Below are positions 1 through 9,164 of a DNA stretch of 64,000 nt, in pieces. Position 1 is the stretch's first letter. The number at the start of each line of letters is the position of its first letter. Under the pieces are notes generated by a model, which worked only from the letters and a program-made list of their open reading frames with translations, was not told the origin of the DNA and did no database searches. The DNA comes from Myxococcota bacterium (GTDB lineage Bacteria; Myxococcota_A; UBA796; UBA2385), in NCBI GenBank assembly GCA_044344255.1, contig JBIJDH010000005.1, positions 224,001 through 288,000 of the forward strand, in the 5' to 3' direction. The position numbers and the translations under genes are program-made.

Positions 1-2
1 GC

Positions 3-131
3 GTGGGGGAGGCGCCGGAGGGCAAGGGCTGCTCGAGTGTCCCCGGCCGCCCGTCCCGCGGGCCGCTCGTGCCCTTCGGCCTCGCGGTCCTCGCGGTCCT
101 GGTGGGCCTCCGCTCCCGCCGACGCCGCTGA
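3..131 (+). CDS. 3' end of a gene running in from the left edge, with a MYXO-CTERM-like sorting tail
   Basis: Manual translation VGEAPEGKGCSSVPGRPSRGPLVPFGLAVLAVLVGLRSRRRR*: KGC motif, hydrophobic helix, Arg cluster. Its TGA overlaps the next ATG at 131. Confidence 0.7.
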   Translation: MGEAPEGKGCSSVPGRPSRGPLVPFGLAVLAVLVGLRSRRRR

Positions 132-988
132 TGGCGCAGAAGAAGAGCGCGGTCCTCTGCTCGAGCTGTCGCCAGCTCATCTCCGCCGCCGAGACCGCCT
201 GCCCCTATTGTAAGGCCGCCCAGCCTACGCTTTGGGGGGCCGCGCCCACGCTGCAGGGCATCTTCCGCGACCTCGATCTCACGCGGATCCTGAGCGGCCT
301 CTGCGTCGCGCTCTACCTCGTCTCGATGGTGCTCTCTCCCGAGACCCTGCAGAACCGCGGCGGCGGCCTCTTCAACCTGCTGAGCCCAGGACAGGGGCCG
401 CTCCTGATGCTCGGCCTGACCGGCGGCGAGGCCTGGCGCTGCGGCCACGTCTGGACCGTGTTCACCGCCAATTACCTGCACGGCAGCGTGCTCCACATCC
501 TGTTCAACCTGATGTGGCTGCGCAGCCTGGGCGGGATGGTCACCGAGCTCCTGGGCCCGGCGCGGCTCTTCGTGGTCTTCACCCTGTCGGGGGTGGGCGG
601 CTTCCTGCTCTCCAATGTGCTGTGGGGGATGCCCACCCTCGGCGCCTCGGCGGGGGTCTTCGGGCTGCTCGGCGCGCTGCTGGTCTTCGGCAAGCGGCGG
701 GGCGGCACCCTCGGCAAGAACCTGTCGGGTCAGATGGTCGGCTGGGCTGTGAGCACCCTCGCTTGGGGGCTGCTCTTCCCCGGCATCAACAACACCGCCC
801 ACCTCGGGGGCCTCGCGGCGGGCGCGCTGGTGGCTCGCTTCCTGCCGTCCCACGAGGGGCGCTTCGAGGGGCGCGGGGTGCAGCTCCTGGCCCTCGCCCT
901 GGCGGCGATCACCGTGGCGGCCTTCGCGGCCAACCTGCTCACCACCGCCGGTCCAGCGCTGCGGGGCGAGCCGATCTGCGGGGCTTGA
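131..988 (+). CDS. Rhomboid family intramembrane serine protease with N-terminal CxxC..CxxC zinc ribbon
   Basis: HGSVLHILFN, GASA catalytic Ser motif, AHLGG His motif, multiple TM helices. Confidence 0.9.
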   Translation: MAQKKSAVLCSSCRQLISAAETACPYCKAAQPTLWGAAPTLQGIFRDLDLTRILSGLCVALYLVSMVLSPETLQNRGGGLFNLLSPGQGPLLMLGLTGGEAWRCGHVWTVFTANYLHGSVLHILFNLMWLRSLGGMVTELLGPARLFVVFTLSGVGGFLLSNVLWGMPTLGASAGVFGLLGALLVFGKRRGGTLGKNLSGQMVGWAVSTLAWGLLFPGINNTAHLGGLAAGALVARFLPSHEGRFEGRGVQLLALALAAITVAAFAANLLTTAGPALRGEPICGA

Positions 989-1011
989 GCCTGCTGCGGG
1001 GCCTGAGCCTG
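976..1011. repeat. 18-bp tandem duplication spanning the rhomboid stop codon
   Basis: ctgcggggcttgagcctg / ctgcggggcctgagcctg (17/18 identical). Confidence 0.8.
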
Positions 1012-1024
1012 CCGCCAGGCCTGG

Positions 1025-2632
1025 TCAGCGCTCGGCCACCACGCGCCACTGCCAGCGAGCGCGGAGGTCATCCCCGTCGCTGCGCAGCCAGGCCGTCTCG
1101 AGTGAGGCCTCCACCGCGAGCGTGTGCTCACCCACCGCGAGCGCGCCGGGCTGGAGCTCGAGCACCTCGCCCAGGGCGTCGGGCGACCCCTCGGAGATGG
1201 GCTCGCCGTCGAGGGTCCAGGCGAGGGTGACGCCCGCCATCCGGCCCTCGACCGTGAAGCGCAGGCCTCCGCCCTCCTCCTCGGTGACGGTGACGTCGTC
1301 GGCGGGATCGACGTAGCGGAGGATGCGCCGCGTCAGGGCCTCGCCACAGACTGGGCAGAAGTCGCCGGCGGGGTAGTCGCCCATGATGCAGGCCTGGGAG
1401 GGCTTGTAGAGGTCGTCGCAGTTGTAGGCGGGGGAGAAGGCCCCGACGGTGGTGGCGTAGGCCTCGGTGGCCGGGGTGGGGAGCGGCGTGTCGGACTCCA
1501 CCCAGGCCGCCCAGGGCGGCGCGTCGGGGCTGTCGGTGATGTTGGCGGGCAGGCCGAGGGCTGGGCTCTGCACGCAGACGTCGCCCGTGTACTCGTCGCC
1601 GAGCTGGCCGACGACGTGGCTGAGCTCGTGGACCCCGGTGGAGCGCCAGCCGGCCGGCCCGTTGGTGACCGTCGAGTAGTGCAGGCCGAAGCCGCCGTCG
1701 GCCTCGCTGTTGGCGATGACGAGGACGAAGTCCCAGGGCGCGTGTGACATCACGCGGGTCGCGGCCCACTGGTCGAGCTGGAAGATGGCGTTGGCGCGGT
1801 AGTCCGTCCCGAGCACTTGGTTGGCGAAGGCGAGGGGGAAGACGCTGCCGAGCGCGGTGTCGCGCATCCGGCACTCGCCCACGCAGTCGTAAGAGACGCC
1901 GCTCTCGGCGCTGGGCGCGTCGACGCGGTGGATGTTGATGCGGTCGGCGAAGTCTGCGTAGGGGGGCGTGCGGAGGATCTGGTCGGTGAGGTCGGCGGCG
2001 TCCCGCTCCCAGCGGCCCTGCTCGTCCGCGGTGTAGCCGTCGCCCACGATCGCGATGTCGAGGCGGCGCTCGGGCGGGCCGGAGTCGTGGAGGAGGGTCA
2101 CGCCGGTGACGGCCTCGGAGAGGCCGAGGTCGTCGGCCTCGCGGAGGGAGAGGTCGTATTGGCCCACCACTTCGTAGACCCCGGGGGCGGTGCGCAGCTC
2201 GAGGTCGACGGTCGCCGCGCCGTCCAGCAAGGGCACACGGAAGGCAAAACGCCCGAGGATGGGCAGGGAGCCGAGGAGATCGGCGCCCGCGAGCTCGCTG
2301 TACGAGGCCAGGAAGTCGCGCACGATGACCGGCCCCGAGGTGCTGCGCGCGTACAGCGCCTCCCCGGCCGCGTCGCGGACCGTGTAGCGGAAGCCGTGCC
2401 GCTCGTCGTCGGGGGCGTCGAGGTCAACCCAGCCGGCGTCCAAGAGGGTGGCGCCGACCGTGATCGGGCCGTCGGCGCTGAGCTGCGCGAGCAGCGTGAC
2501 GGCGGGGGCATAGGCGGGGAGCGGATCGTCCACGGTCGCGCGGAGCACGTGGGCCCCGGAGGTCTTGCCCGTGGCGCCACCCCCCGAGCCCGGGGCCGAG
2601 CAAGCGAAGAGCAGGGGCAGGAGGAGAGTCAA
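1025..2632 (-). CDS. Lipoprotein, M64 (IgA peptidase-like) metallopeptidase
   Basis: LDIAIVGDGY, HELSHVVGQLGDEY, CIM and FCPVC motifs; lipobox LFAC; TTG start inferred downstream of gagggagg. Confidence 0.8.
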   Translation of the reverse strand: MTLLLPLLFACSAPGSGGGATGKTSGAHVLRATVDDPLPAYAPAVTLLAQLSADGPITVGATLLDAGWVDLDAPDDERHGFRYTVRDAAGEALYARSTSGPVIVRDFLASYSELAGADLLGSLPILGRFAFRVPLLDGAATVDLELRTAPGVYEVVGQYDLSLREADDLGLSEAVTGVTLLHDSGPPERRLDIAIVGDGYTADEQGRWERDAADLTDQILRTPPYADFADRINIHRVDAPSAESGVSYDCVGECRMRDTALGSVFPLAFANQVLGTDYRANAIFQLDQWAATRVMSHAPWDFVLVIANSEADGGFGLHYSTVTNGPAGWRSTGVHELSHVVGQLGDEYTGDVCVQSPALGLPANITDSPDAPPWAAWVESDTPLPTPATEAYATTVGAFSPAYNCDDLYKPSQACIMGDYPAGDFCPVCGEALTRRILRYVDPADDVTVTEEEGGGLRFTVEGRMAGVTLAWTLDGEPISEGSPDALGEVLELQPGALAVGEHTLAVEASLETAWLRSDGDDLRARWQWRVVAER

Positions 2633-2652
2633 GGTCGCACCTCCCTCGGGCC

Positions 2653-3801
2653 CTATCCGGTGGCGCGGCCCGCCGCCCCGGCCTCGGGGTCGATGAGGGC
2701 GGCGTGGAGGCACCGCTGGGCCTCACCGAGCCGGGGGAGCGGGACGAGGGCGGTCCAGGTCTCGCCGAAGGCCCACCAGCGCCGCACGGGGATGTCGCCG
2801 AGGGCCGCCCGGGCCTGGAGGGCCGCCGCGGGGGACTCCACCAGCCGCCGCCCGATCACGGAGACGGTGGCCACCGCGCCGAGGGTGCGGGCCCCGGCGG
2901 TGAGCGCGGCGCGGTCATGCAGGTTCCTGCGGTCGATCAGGACATGGAGACCGTCGGGCTCGGTCCACCACCCGCGCGCGGCGCCCTCGAGGCCCGGCGC
3001 GGGCTCCCCGTCGAGGAGCAGCTCCTCGAGCTGATCGTCGAAGGCGACGCCGACCGGGCGCTCGGGGGCCGGCCCCGGCGGGAGGCGGCTGCCGGAGCCG
3101 GGGGCCTTCTCGGTGGCGGCGGCGTCGAGGCGCACCCCGAGGCTGCGGGCGAGCTCGACGGCCTCGGCGAGCAGCACCTTGGAGCCCGCCCGCCCGAGGG
3201 CCACGGCGGCGTCGAGGGGGAGCTCGGAGAGGCGCTGGGCGTCGGGGACGACGCGGGGGTCAGCCGAGTAGACCCCGTCCACGTCGGAGCAGATCTCACA
3301 CCAGGCCGCCCCGAGGGCCGCGGCGAGCACCACGGCGGTGGTGTCCGAGCCCCCGCGGCCGAGGGTGGTGACCTCGCCTGCGCGGCTGACGCCCTGAAAG
3401 CCAGCCACGATGGCTACCTTTCCGGAGTCGAGGGCGGCGCGGACGCGGTGGGGCCGGAGCTCGATCACCCGCGCCGAGACGTGGTGCTCGTCGGTGATGA
3501 TGCCCGACTGAGAGCCCGTGAAGGAGGCCGCCGGCAGGCCGAGGTCCTCGACGGCCATCGCGAGCAGGGTCATGCTCACCCGCTCGCCCACGCTCACGAG
3601 CAGGTCGAGCTCCCGGCGGCCTGGGCGCGCGCTGACCGCGCGGGCGAGGCCGAGGAGCTCGTTGGTCGTGTTGCCCATCGCTGAGACGACCACCACGACC
3701 TGGTGGCCCTGGGCCACGGTCTCGGCGACCCGCTGGGCCACGGCCCGGATGCGGGACACGTCAGCGACCGAGGAGCCACCGTACTTCTGGACGACGATCA
3801 C
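2653..3801 (-). CDS. lysC: Aspartate kinase
   Basis: [42 protein letters not shown] start overlaps the upstream stop. Confidence 0.9.
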   Translation of the reverse strand: MIVVQKYGGSSVADVSRIRAVAQRVAETVAQGHQVVVVVSAMGNTTNELLGLARAVSARPGRRELDLLVSVGERVSMTLLAMAVEDLGLPAASFTGSQSGIITDEHHVSARVIELRPHRVRAALDSGKVAIVAGFQGVSRAGEVTTLGRGGSDTTAVVLAAALGAAWCEICSDVDGVYSADPRVVPDAQRLSELPLDAAVALGRAGSKVLLAEAVELARSLGVRLDAAATEKAPGSGSRLPPGPAPERPVGVAFDDQLEELLLDGEPAPGLEGAARGWWTEPDGLHVLIDRRNLHDRAALTAGARTLGAVATVSVIGRRLVESPAAALQARAALGDIPVRRWWAFGETWTALVPLPRLGEAQRCLHAALIDPEAGAAGRATG

Positions 3802-5018
3802 ACCGGCCTCCGCCAGCCGGGCGCGAGGCCGGAGGGGGGCAGCGGGGAGATGGCGAGCTCGATCAGCCGGCACTCGATCGGCCCGTTGAAGACCACGTGG
3901 CGCTTTCGCGGCTTGAGGCCGAGGGCGCCCGCCTGCTCGGGGCTCCCGCAGAGCACGCCCGCGGTCCAGCCGAGGAAGTGCTGGCGCAGCGTGTCTCCGA
4001 GCTCCCGGGACACGGCGAGGGCACCCTCGAGGTCGCCGAGGCGCGCCCCGTAGGGCGGGTTCGTCACCACGAGGCCGGGGAGGCCGGCGGCGGCGCCGCT
4101 CGGCGGGCGGCTCCCGGCGACGCTGCGCTGCTGAAAGCCGACGTGCTCGTCGAGGCCGAGGGTGACGGCGTTCTTGCGGGCCACGCCCACCATCGTGAGG
4201 TCGGCGTCGGTGCCGCGCATGAGCGGGCCGCGGCGGAGGGCTCGCCCCTGGGCCTCCCCTTGGAGCTCCCGCCAGCGGCGGTCCTCGTGGCCCATCCAGC
4301 CGGAGAAGCCCCAGCGCACACGGGAGAGGCCAGGGGCGCGCTGGAGCGCCATCCCGGCCGCCTCGAGCACGAGGGTGCCCGAGCCGCAGAGGGGGTCTTG
4401 AAAGGGGGCGCCCGTGGCGGCGAGGGTGGGCCAGTCCACCATCCACAGCAGGGCCGCGGCGAGGGTCTCCTTCAGCGAGGCGGTGCCGGTGTTGCGGCCG
4501 CTGCGGTAGTGGAGGGCCTCGCCGGAGAGGTCGATGCTGACGGTGGCCTGCTCCTCCATCATCGGCCCAGGCTGGCCGAGGTGCACGTGGACGCGCACGT
4601 CGGGGTCGGTGAGATCGACGCTCGGGCGGGCGCCGCGGCGATCGCGGAGGCGGTCGCAGATGGCGTCCTTGACCTGCTGGGCGCCGAAGACGCTGTGGCG
4701 GATCTGCTCGGAGCCGCCGACGAAGTCTACGGCGATCGTGCGCCGAGGGTCGATGTGCTCCTCCCAGGGGAGCTCCCGCACGCCGTCGTAGAGGGCGCGG
4801 GCGTCTGTCGCGGGGAAGCGGCCGAGCGTGAGGAGCACCCGGCTGGCGACGCGAGAGTGCAGGCAGGCGCGATATCCGACCTCGAGCCCCCCCTCGAGGC
4901 TGACGAAGCCCCGGCCGAGCGTGGGGTTGGGGAGGCCCAGGGAGAGGAGCTCGCGGCCGAGCACCTCCTCGGTGCCGCGGCTCGTGGTGAGGACGAAGCG
5001 CATCAGGCCCACATCCAT
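3798..5018 (-). CDS. rlmL: THUMP-domain 23S rRNA methyltransferase, RlmL-like
   Basis: [31 protein letters not shown]. Confidence 0.8.
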   Translation of the reverse strand: MDVGLMRFVLTTSRGTEEVLGRELLSLGLPNPTLGRGFVSLEGGLEVGYRACLHSRVASRVLLTLGRFPATDARALYDGVRELPWEEHIDPRRTIAVDFVGGSEQIRHSVFGAQQVKDAICDRLRDRRGARPSVDLTDPDVRVHVHLGQPGPMMEEQATVSIDLSGEALHYRSGRNTGTASLKETLAAALLWMVDWPTLAATGAPFQDPLCGSGTLVLEAAGMALQRAPGLSRVRWGFSGWMGHEDRRWRELQGEAQGRALRRGPLMRGTDADLTMVGVARKNAVTLGLDEHVGFQQRSVAGSRPPSGAAAGLPGLVVTNPPYGARLGDLEGALAVSRELGDTLRQHFLGWTAGVLCGSPEQAGALGLKPRKRHVVFNGPIECRLIELAISPLPPSGLAPGWRRPV

Positions 5019-5148
5019 TGAGCTGCTGCGGTGTAGAGCGCGAGCACGGGGCACCTCCGGGGCGGGGGCCCTATCCCGGCCCTGACCCGGGCGGCTCCAT
5101 GCGCCCTCCGCGCCGACCGGGTATCCACAGGCTCCACCCCGGGCTGCC

Positions 5149-6717
5149 ATGACCTCCCCCGACGCTGTCCAGAGCCGCCTCCGCGCCGAGCGCGACTTCT
5201 ATCGTCGCCTCTTGGACCTCTCCCACCAGGAGGCGCCAGACGGCCTGCTTCGCGAGGCCCTCACGCTCATCGTCAGCGCCACGCACGCCGCGAAGGTCTA
5301 CATCGAGATCGATCGGGAGCCCGGCGGCGGCGGGGTGGGGGAGTCCTGCTGGTCCCTCGCCGACGGCGTGGACGCCGTGGAGCTCGGCGCCATCCGGGAC
5401 GGCGTCTCGCGCCACATCATCCAGCAGGCCCTCGCCTCGGGCCGCACCGTGAGCACCACCTCCGCCCTCGACGACCCTCGCTTCCGCGACCACCGCAGCG
5501 TGCAGGCCCACCGCATCGAGGCGGTGCTCTGCGCCCCCATCGGCAGGCTCGGGGTGGTCTATCTCCAGGGGCGTCGGCCGAACGGCCCCTTTCACCCCGA
5601 AGACCGAGCGCTGGTCGAGGCCTTTGCCCTCCACCTCGCCCCGATGGCCGAGCGCCTCCGCCTCGTCGACCGGGTCTCTCCCGACCCCACTGCCCCCTGG
5701 CGGCGACAGGTCAAGGCCGGCGCCCTGGTCGGCCGCAGCGCCGCGATGGCCGACGTGCTGCGCCAGGTGGCCCTCGTGGCCCCCCTCGACGTCACGGTGC
5801 TGATCACCGGGCCCTCCGGCACCGGCAAGACGGCGGTGGCCGAGGTGATCGCCGCCAACAGCGCCCGCGCCGGCAAGCCCTTCGTCGAGCTCAACTGCGC
5901 CGCCCTCCCCGAGAACCTGATCGAGAGCGAGCTCTTCGGCGCCGCGGCGGGGGCCCACTCGACCGCGACCCGGCGGATGCCCGGCAAGGTGGAGGCGGCC
6001 GAGGGGGGCACGCTCTTCCTCGATGAGATCGGAGAGCTCGGCCTGTCGACGCAGGCGAAGCTGCTCCAGCTCCTCCAGTCGAGGGCCTATTATGCGCTCG
6101 GCTCCAACAAGGCGATACAGGCCAACATCCGGGTGCTGGCCGCCACGAGCGTGGATCTTCAGAAGGCGGTCGCCGAGCGGCGCTTCCGAGAGGACCTCTA
6201 TTACCGGCTGCACGTGCTCCCCCTGCGCATGCCGGCCCTGTCCGAGCGCCGGACAGACATTCGGCCGCTCGCCGAGCATGTCGTGGGGCTCGTGGTGCAG
6301 CGCCACGGCCTCCGCCCCCTGCACCTCTCGCCCGGCTGTGTCTCGGCGATGGAGATGGCGGACTGGCCGGGCAACGTGCGGCAGCTCGCCCATGCCCTCG
6401 AGGCGGCGGTCATTCGGGCCTCCGCCGAGCCGGGCGCGGCCGTCGAGTCGCGACACGTCTTCCCCGACCAGCGGCCCGTGATCACCGCCTCCGTGGGCGC
6501 CGTGGAGTCGTTCCAGTCCGCCACCCGCGCCTTCCAGCGGCGGCTCGTCTCGGAGGTGCTGGAGACCGCCGAGTGGAACGTGACCGAGGCGGCGCGGCGC
6601 CTCGACCTCACTCGGTCTCACCTGTACAACCTGATCCGCGAGTTCGAGCTCCAGCGGCCGGCGCTCACCGGCGGGGGCGCCCCGCGTTACCCTCGCGGGG
6701 AGGAGGGCGCGCCGTGA
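5149..6717 (+). CDS. GAF + sigma54-type AAA+ + Fis HTH transcriptional regulator
   Basis: GPSGTGKT, ESELFG, GGTLFLDEIGEL, FREDLYYRL, WPGNVRQL, C-terminal HTH; GAFTGA loop reads GAHSTA. Confidence 0.9.
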   Translation: MTSPDAVQSRLRAERDFYRRLLDLSHQEAPDGLLREALTLIVSATHAAKVYIEIDREPGGGGVGESCWSLADGVDAVELGAIRDGVSRHIIQQALASGRTVSTTSALDDPRFRDHRSVQAHRIEAVLCAPIGRLGVVYLQGRRPNGPFHPEDRALVEAFALHLAPMAERLRLVDRVSPDPTAPWRRQVKAGALVGRSAAMADVLRQVALVAPLDVTVLITGPSGTGKTAVAEVIAANSARAGKPFVELNCAALPENLIESELFGAAAGAHSTATRRMPGKVEAAEGGTLFLDEIGELGLSTQAKLLQLLQSRAYYALGSNKAIQANIRVLAATSVDLQKAVAERRFREDLYYRLHVLPLRMPALSERRTDIRPLAEHVVGLVVQRHGLRPLHLSPGCVSAMEMADWPGNVRQLAHALEAAVIRASAEPGAAVESRHVFPDQRPVITASVGAVESFQSATRAFQRRLVSEVLETAEWNVTEAARRLDLTRSHLYNLIREFELQRPALTGGGAPRYPRGEEGAP

Positions 6718-7043
6718 ACGATCAGGTGGTGTCGAGGCTGCTCGACGGCTTGAGCCCGCGGATCCCGGGAGAAGAGGAGGCCCTGCTCCGCCGCTTCGCC
6801 GCCTTCATGGACCACCACGAGGTCTGGCTCACCGGCCACGCGCTCCGCGGCGGCAAGCTGCGGCTCACCTTCGCCAATGACGCGGGCACCTACGTGGTCG
6901 GCCTGCCGGAGATCCGCGCCCTGACCGCGGTGCAGGACCGTGGCGAGCCCTTCCCCTGGGAGGCCCTCGCGCGCTTGGAGCCCGAGGAGGACGGGCCGCC
7001 CGAGCCGCCGCGGCGCGTGGGGAGCAGCAGCCCCCGCCGATGA
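6714..7043 (+). CDS. Hypothetical protein
   Basis: GTG start overlapping the upstream stop; fills the gap between coupled genes. Confidence 0.55.
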   Translation: MNDQVVSRLLDGLSPRIPGEEEALLRRFAAFMDHHEVWLTGHALRGGKLRLTFANDAGTYVVGLPEIRALTAVQDRGEPFPWEALARLEPEEDGPPEPPRRVGSSSPRR

Positions 7044-8362
7044 TGGCGCCGCAGAAGCGCCGCCTGACATACGCCGCCGGCCTCTTTGCCGCCGCGGGGG
7101 TGCTCGGCGCGGCAGCGGCGCCCCACGCGGGGCTCCGCTTTGTGGACTTCCTCTTCTTCGCCGAGCGGGCGGAGCGGATGCCCGTCGACTGGGCGCGGGT
7201 GGAGCCCCTCTACCCGGGGGGCTACCCGGCCCTCCTGTCGGCCCTGCACGGCCTCACCGGCGACGTGCTGCTCGGCGGCAAGCTCCTGTCCGTGGTCGCG
7301 GGGCTGCTCGCGGTCTCTGCCCTCGGCGTCCTCGGCGGCCCGGGCCTCGCGCTCTGGGGCCTCGGGCAGGCGGCGCTGCTCCAGTGGTCGGCCACCGAGG
7401 GGACCGACCTCCCCGCGGCCGCCTGCGGGCTCGCGGCCCTTGCGGCGGCCCACCGGCGGCAGCCCGCGCTGGCCGGGGCGCTGGCGGGCGCGGGCTGCCT
7501 CCTGCGCTACACCGGGGTCCTGGCGCTGCCGGCGGTGCTGCTCACCCTCCCGGGCGGCCGCCTGCGGGCGGGGGGGGCCTTCCTGCTCAGCACCGCCCCT
7601 CACTGGCTGCTCGCCCTCCTCACCGGGCAGTCTCCCTGGCCCGATCAGAGCTACAACCTCGCCATCGCCGCTGGCCACCCGACCGCGCTGTGGTCGATGG
7701 ACACGCTGCTCCGCTGGCCAAGTGGCCTGCAAGGTGCGGTGCGGGCCGTCGATCCCATCGCGCTCGTCGGGCTCGTCGGCCTGCTGTGGCCGGGCCGTCG
7801 CGCGGTCCGCCGCCTCCGGTGGGGGCTCGGCCTCTGGGCGGGGCTGCACCTCTCCGCCTTCGGCCTCGCCTTCTCCAACCCCCGCCTCGTCCTACCGGCC
7901 ACGCTGGCCCTGCTCGCGGGCGCGGTCGGCCTCCCGCGGCCGCTCGTCGGGCTCGCGGGCATCGGCCTCGCGGGCATCGGCCTGCTCGTCGTTCACCTCG
8001 GCCCGGCGCGGGCCCTCGACGACGCCGAGCGGGAGCTCCAACGGGTGGTGCCGGCCGTCGCGTCGCTCGAGGGGCCCTTCCTCACGACAGACCCCTGGGT
8101 CTATCAGCGGAGGCCGGACGGCTGGCTCCGCGCAGGCGTCCCCATCCGCGCCCTGCGCGGCGATCCCCGCGCGATGGACCCGAACATCGTCGTCCAGGAG
8201 GCGCGTCGCCTCGGCCTCGGCGGCCTCGTGGTGGACAAGGGCCGCGTGCTGCGGAGCTATCCGGGGCTCGCCTCCCTGCTCGGGAAGACCGACCACCCCG
8301 GGCTCGAGCGCGTTTACGACAAGCGCGGCTGGGTGGTCTACCGCCTCAAGCCCGCCGGCTGA
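7040..8362 (+). CDS. Polytopic membrane protein, GT-C glycosyltransferase-like
   Basis: YPGGYPALL after an acidic loop, TEGTD, RYTG, many TM helices, soluble C-terminal domain. Confidence 0.55.
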   Translation: MMAPQKRRLTYAAGLFAAAGVLGAAAAPHAGLRFVDFLFFAERAERMPVDWARVEPLYPGGYPALLSALHGLTGDVLLGGKLLSVVAGLLAVSALGVLGGPGLALWGLGQAALLQWSATEGTDLPAAACGLAALAAAHRRQPALAGALAGAGCLLRYTGVLALPAVLLTLPGGRLRAGGAFLLSTAPHWLLALLTGQSPWPDQSYNLAIAAGHPTALWSMDTLLRWPSGLQGAVRAVDPIALVGLVGLLWPGRRAVRRLRWGLGLWAGLHLSAFGLAFSNPRLVLPATLALLAGAVGLPRPLVGLAGIGLAGIGLLVVHLGPARALDDAERELQRVVPAVASLEGPFLTTDPWVYQRRPDGWLRAGVPIRALRGDPRAMDPNIVVQEARRLGLGGLVVDKGRVLRSYPGLASLLGKTDHPGLERVYDKRGWVVYRLKPAG

Positions 8363-8401
8363 ACCCGACGATGGGCGGGCGCGAGGGCTCCGCGCCGAGC
8401 C

Positions 8402-8878
8402 TCACTCGCAGGGCGTCCCGGCGGGGGGGTTGCAGCCCTGTCCCTCGAGGGGGATCTCCTCGTAGGTGAAGTCCTGATCGCCGGGATCGAGCTTCACCTG
8501 GAGGGTGCCCGAGTAGGGGCCGACCCCGTAGGGCGCGAAGGTGACCTTGAAGACGAAGTCGTCGCCCGGCTTGAGCGGCTTCGGCAGGGGGAGCTCGGAG
8601 TAGTTGTAGACCGAGAAGGCCGTGGAGCTGAGGTCATCGAGGTAGATGTCGATGATGCGCACGTTCTCGGAGCCCACCGAGCTGAGCGTGATCTCCTTCT
8701 CGGCCGGGGGAGAGTCCTGCTTGACGTAGCCGAAGTCGATCCCGCCCTCTGGCGAGACCGTGAGCGCCGGCCCCTGGACGCCAGTGTCCCGATTGTAGGC
8801 CGAGAGGCCGGTGCAGCCGGCGAGACCCCCCGCGGTGAGGGCCAGGAGGAGGGTGTGCTGACCGACGCGGGCGACCAT
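8402..8878 (-). CDS. Lipoprotein with Ig-like (ASPM/Hydin, choice-of-anchor D-like) domain
   Basis: LAGC lipobox; IDFGYV, VTFAP...GTLQV...IPLEGQG pattern. Confidence 0.65.
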   Translation of the reverse strand: MVARVGQHTLLLALTAGGLAGCTGLSAYNRDTGVQGPALTVSPEGGIDFGYVKQDSPPAEKEITLSSVGSENVRIIDIYLDDLSSTAFSVYNYSELPLPKPLKPGDDFVFKVTFAPYGVGPYSGTLQVKLDPGDQDFTYEEIPLEGQGCNPPAGTPCE

Positions 8879-9164
8879 GGGGGGAGACTCCGGGAGGGCC
8901 ACCGCGGAGGCGCCACGGCAGGTGAGTCAACGGGGCTGACAGGGGATCGATCGGCCGGGCGCCCGAGGGCCCCCGCCGGAGGGCAGCGCATATCACGCTT
9001 CACCCCCGTCCACCCAGCGGCCCCCGGAGAGGTCCGCTGCGCGCGATCAGTGTGCAACAAGCGCGGGGCCGCTGTCCAGCGCCAGCCCTCGGCTTTCCGC
9101 CGCCCGCCGCCTCGCCGGGGGCGAGGGTCGGCGATACGGCGCCTGTTCCAAGGAGGAAGGGAGC

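Noticed and set aside
9040..9075. Sigma54 -24/-12 promoter on the minus strand
   Set aside because: GG-N10-GC spacing is not met (reads GG-N10-GT)
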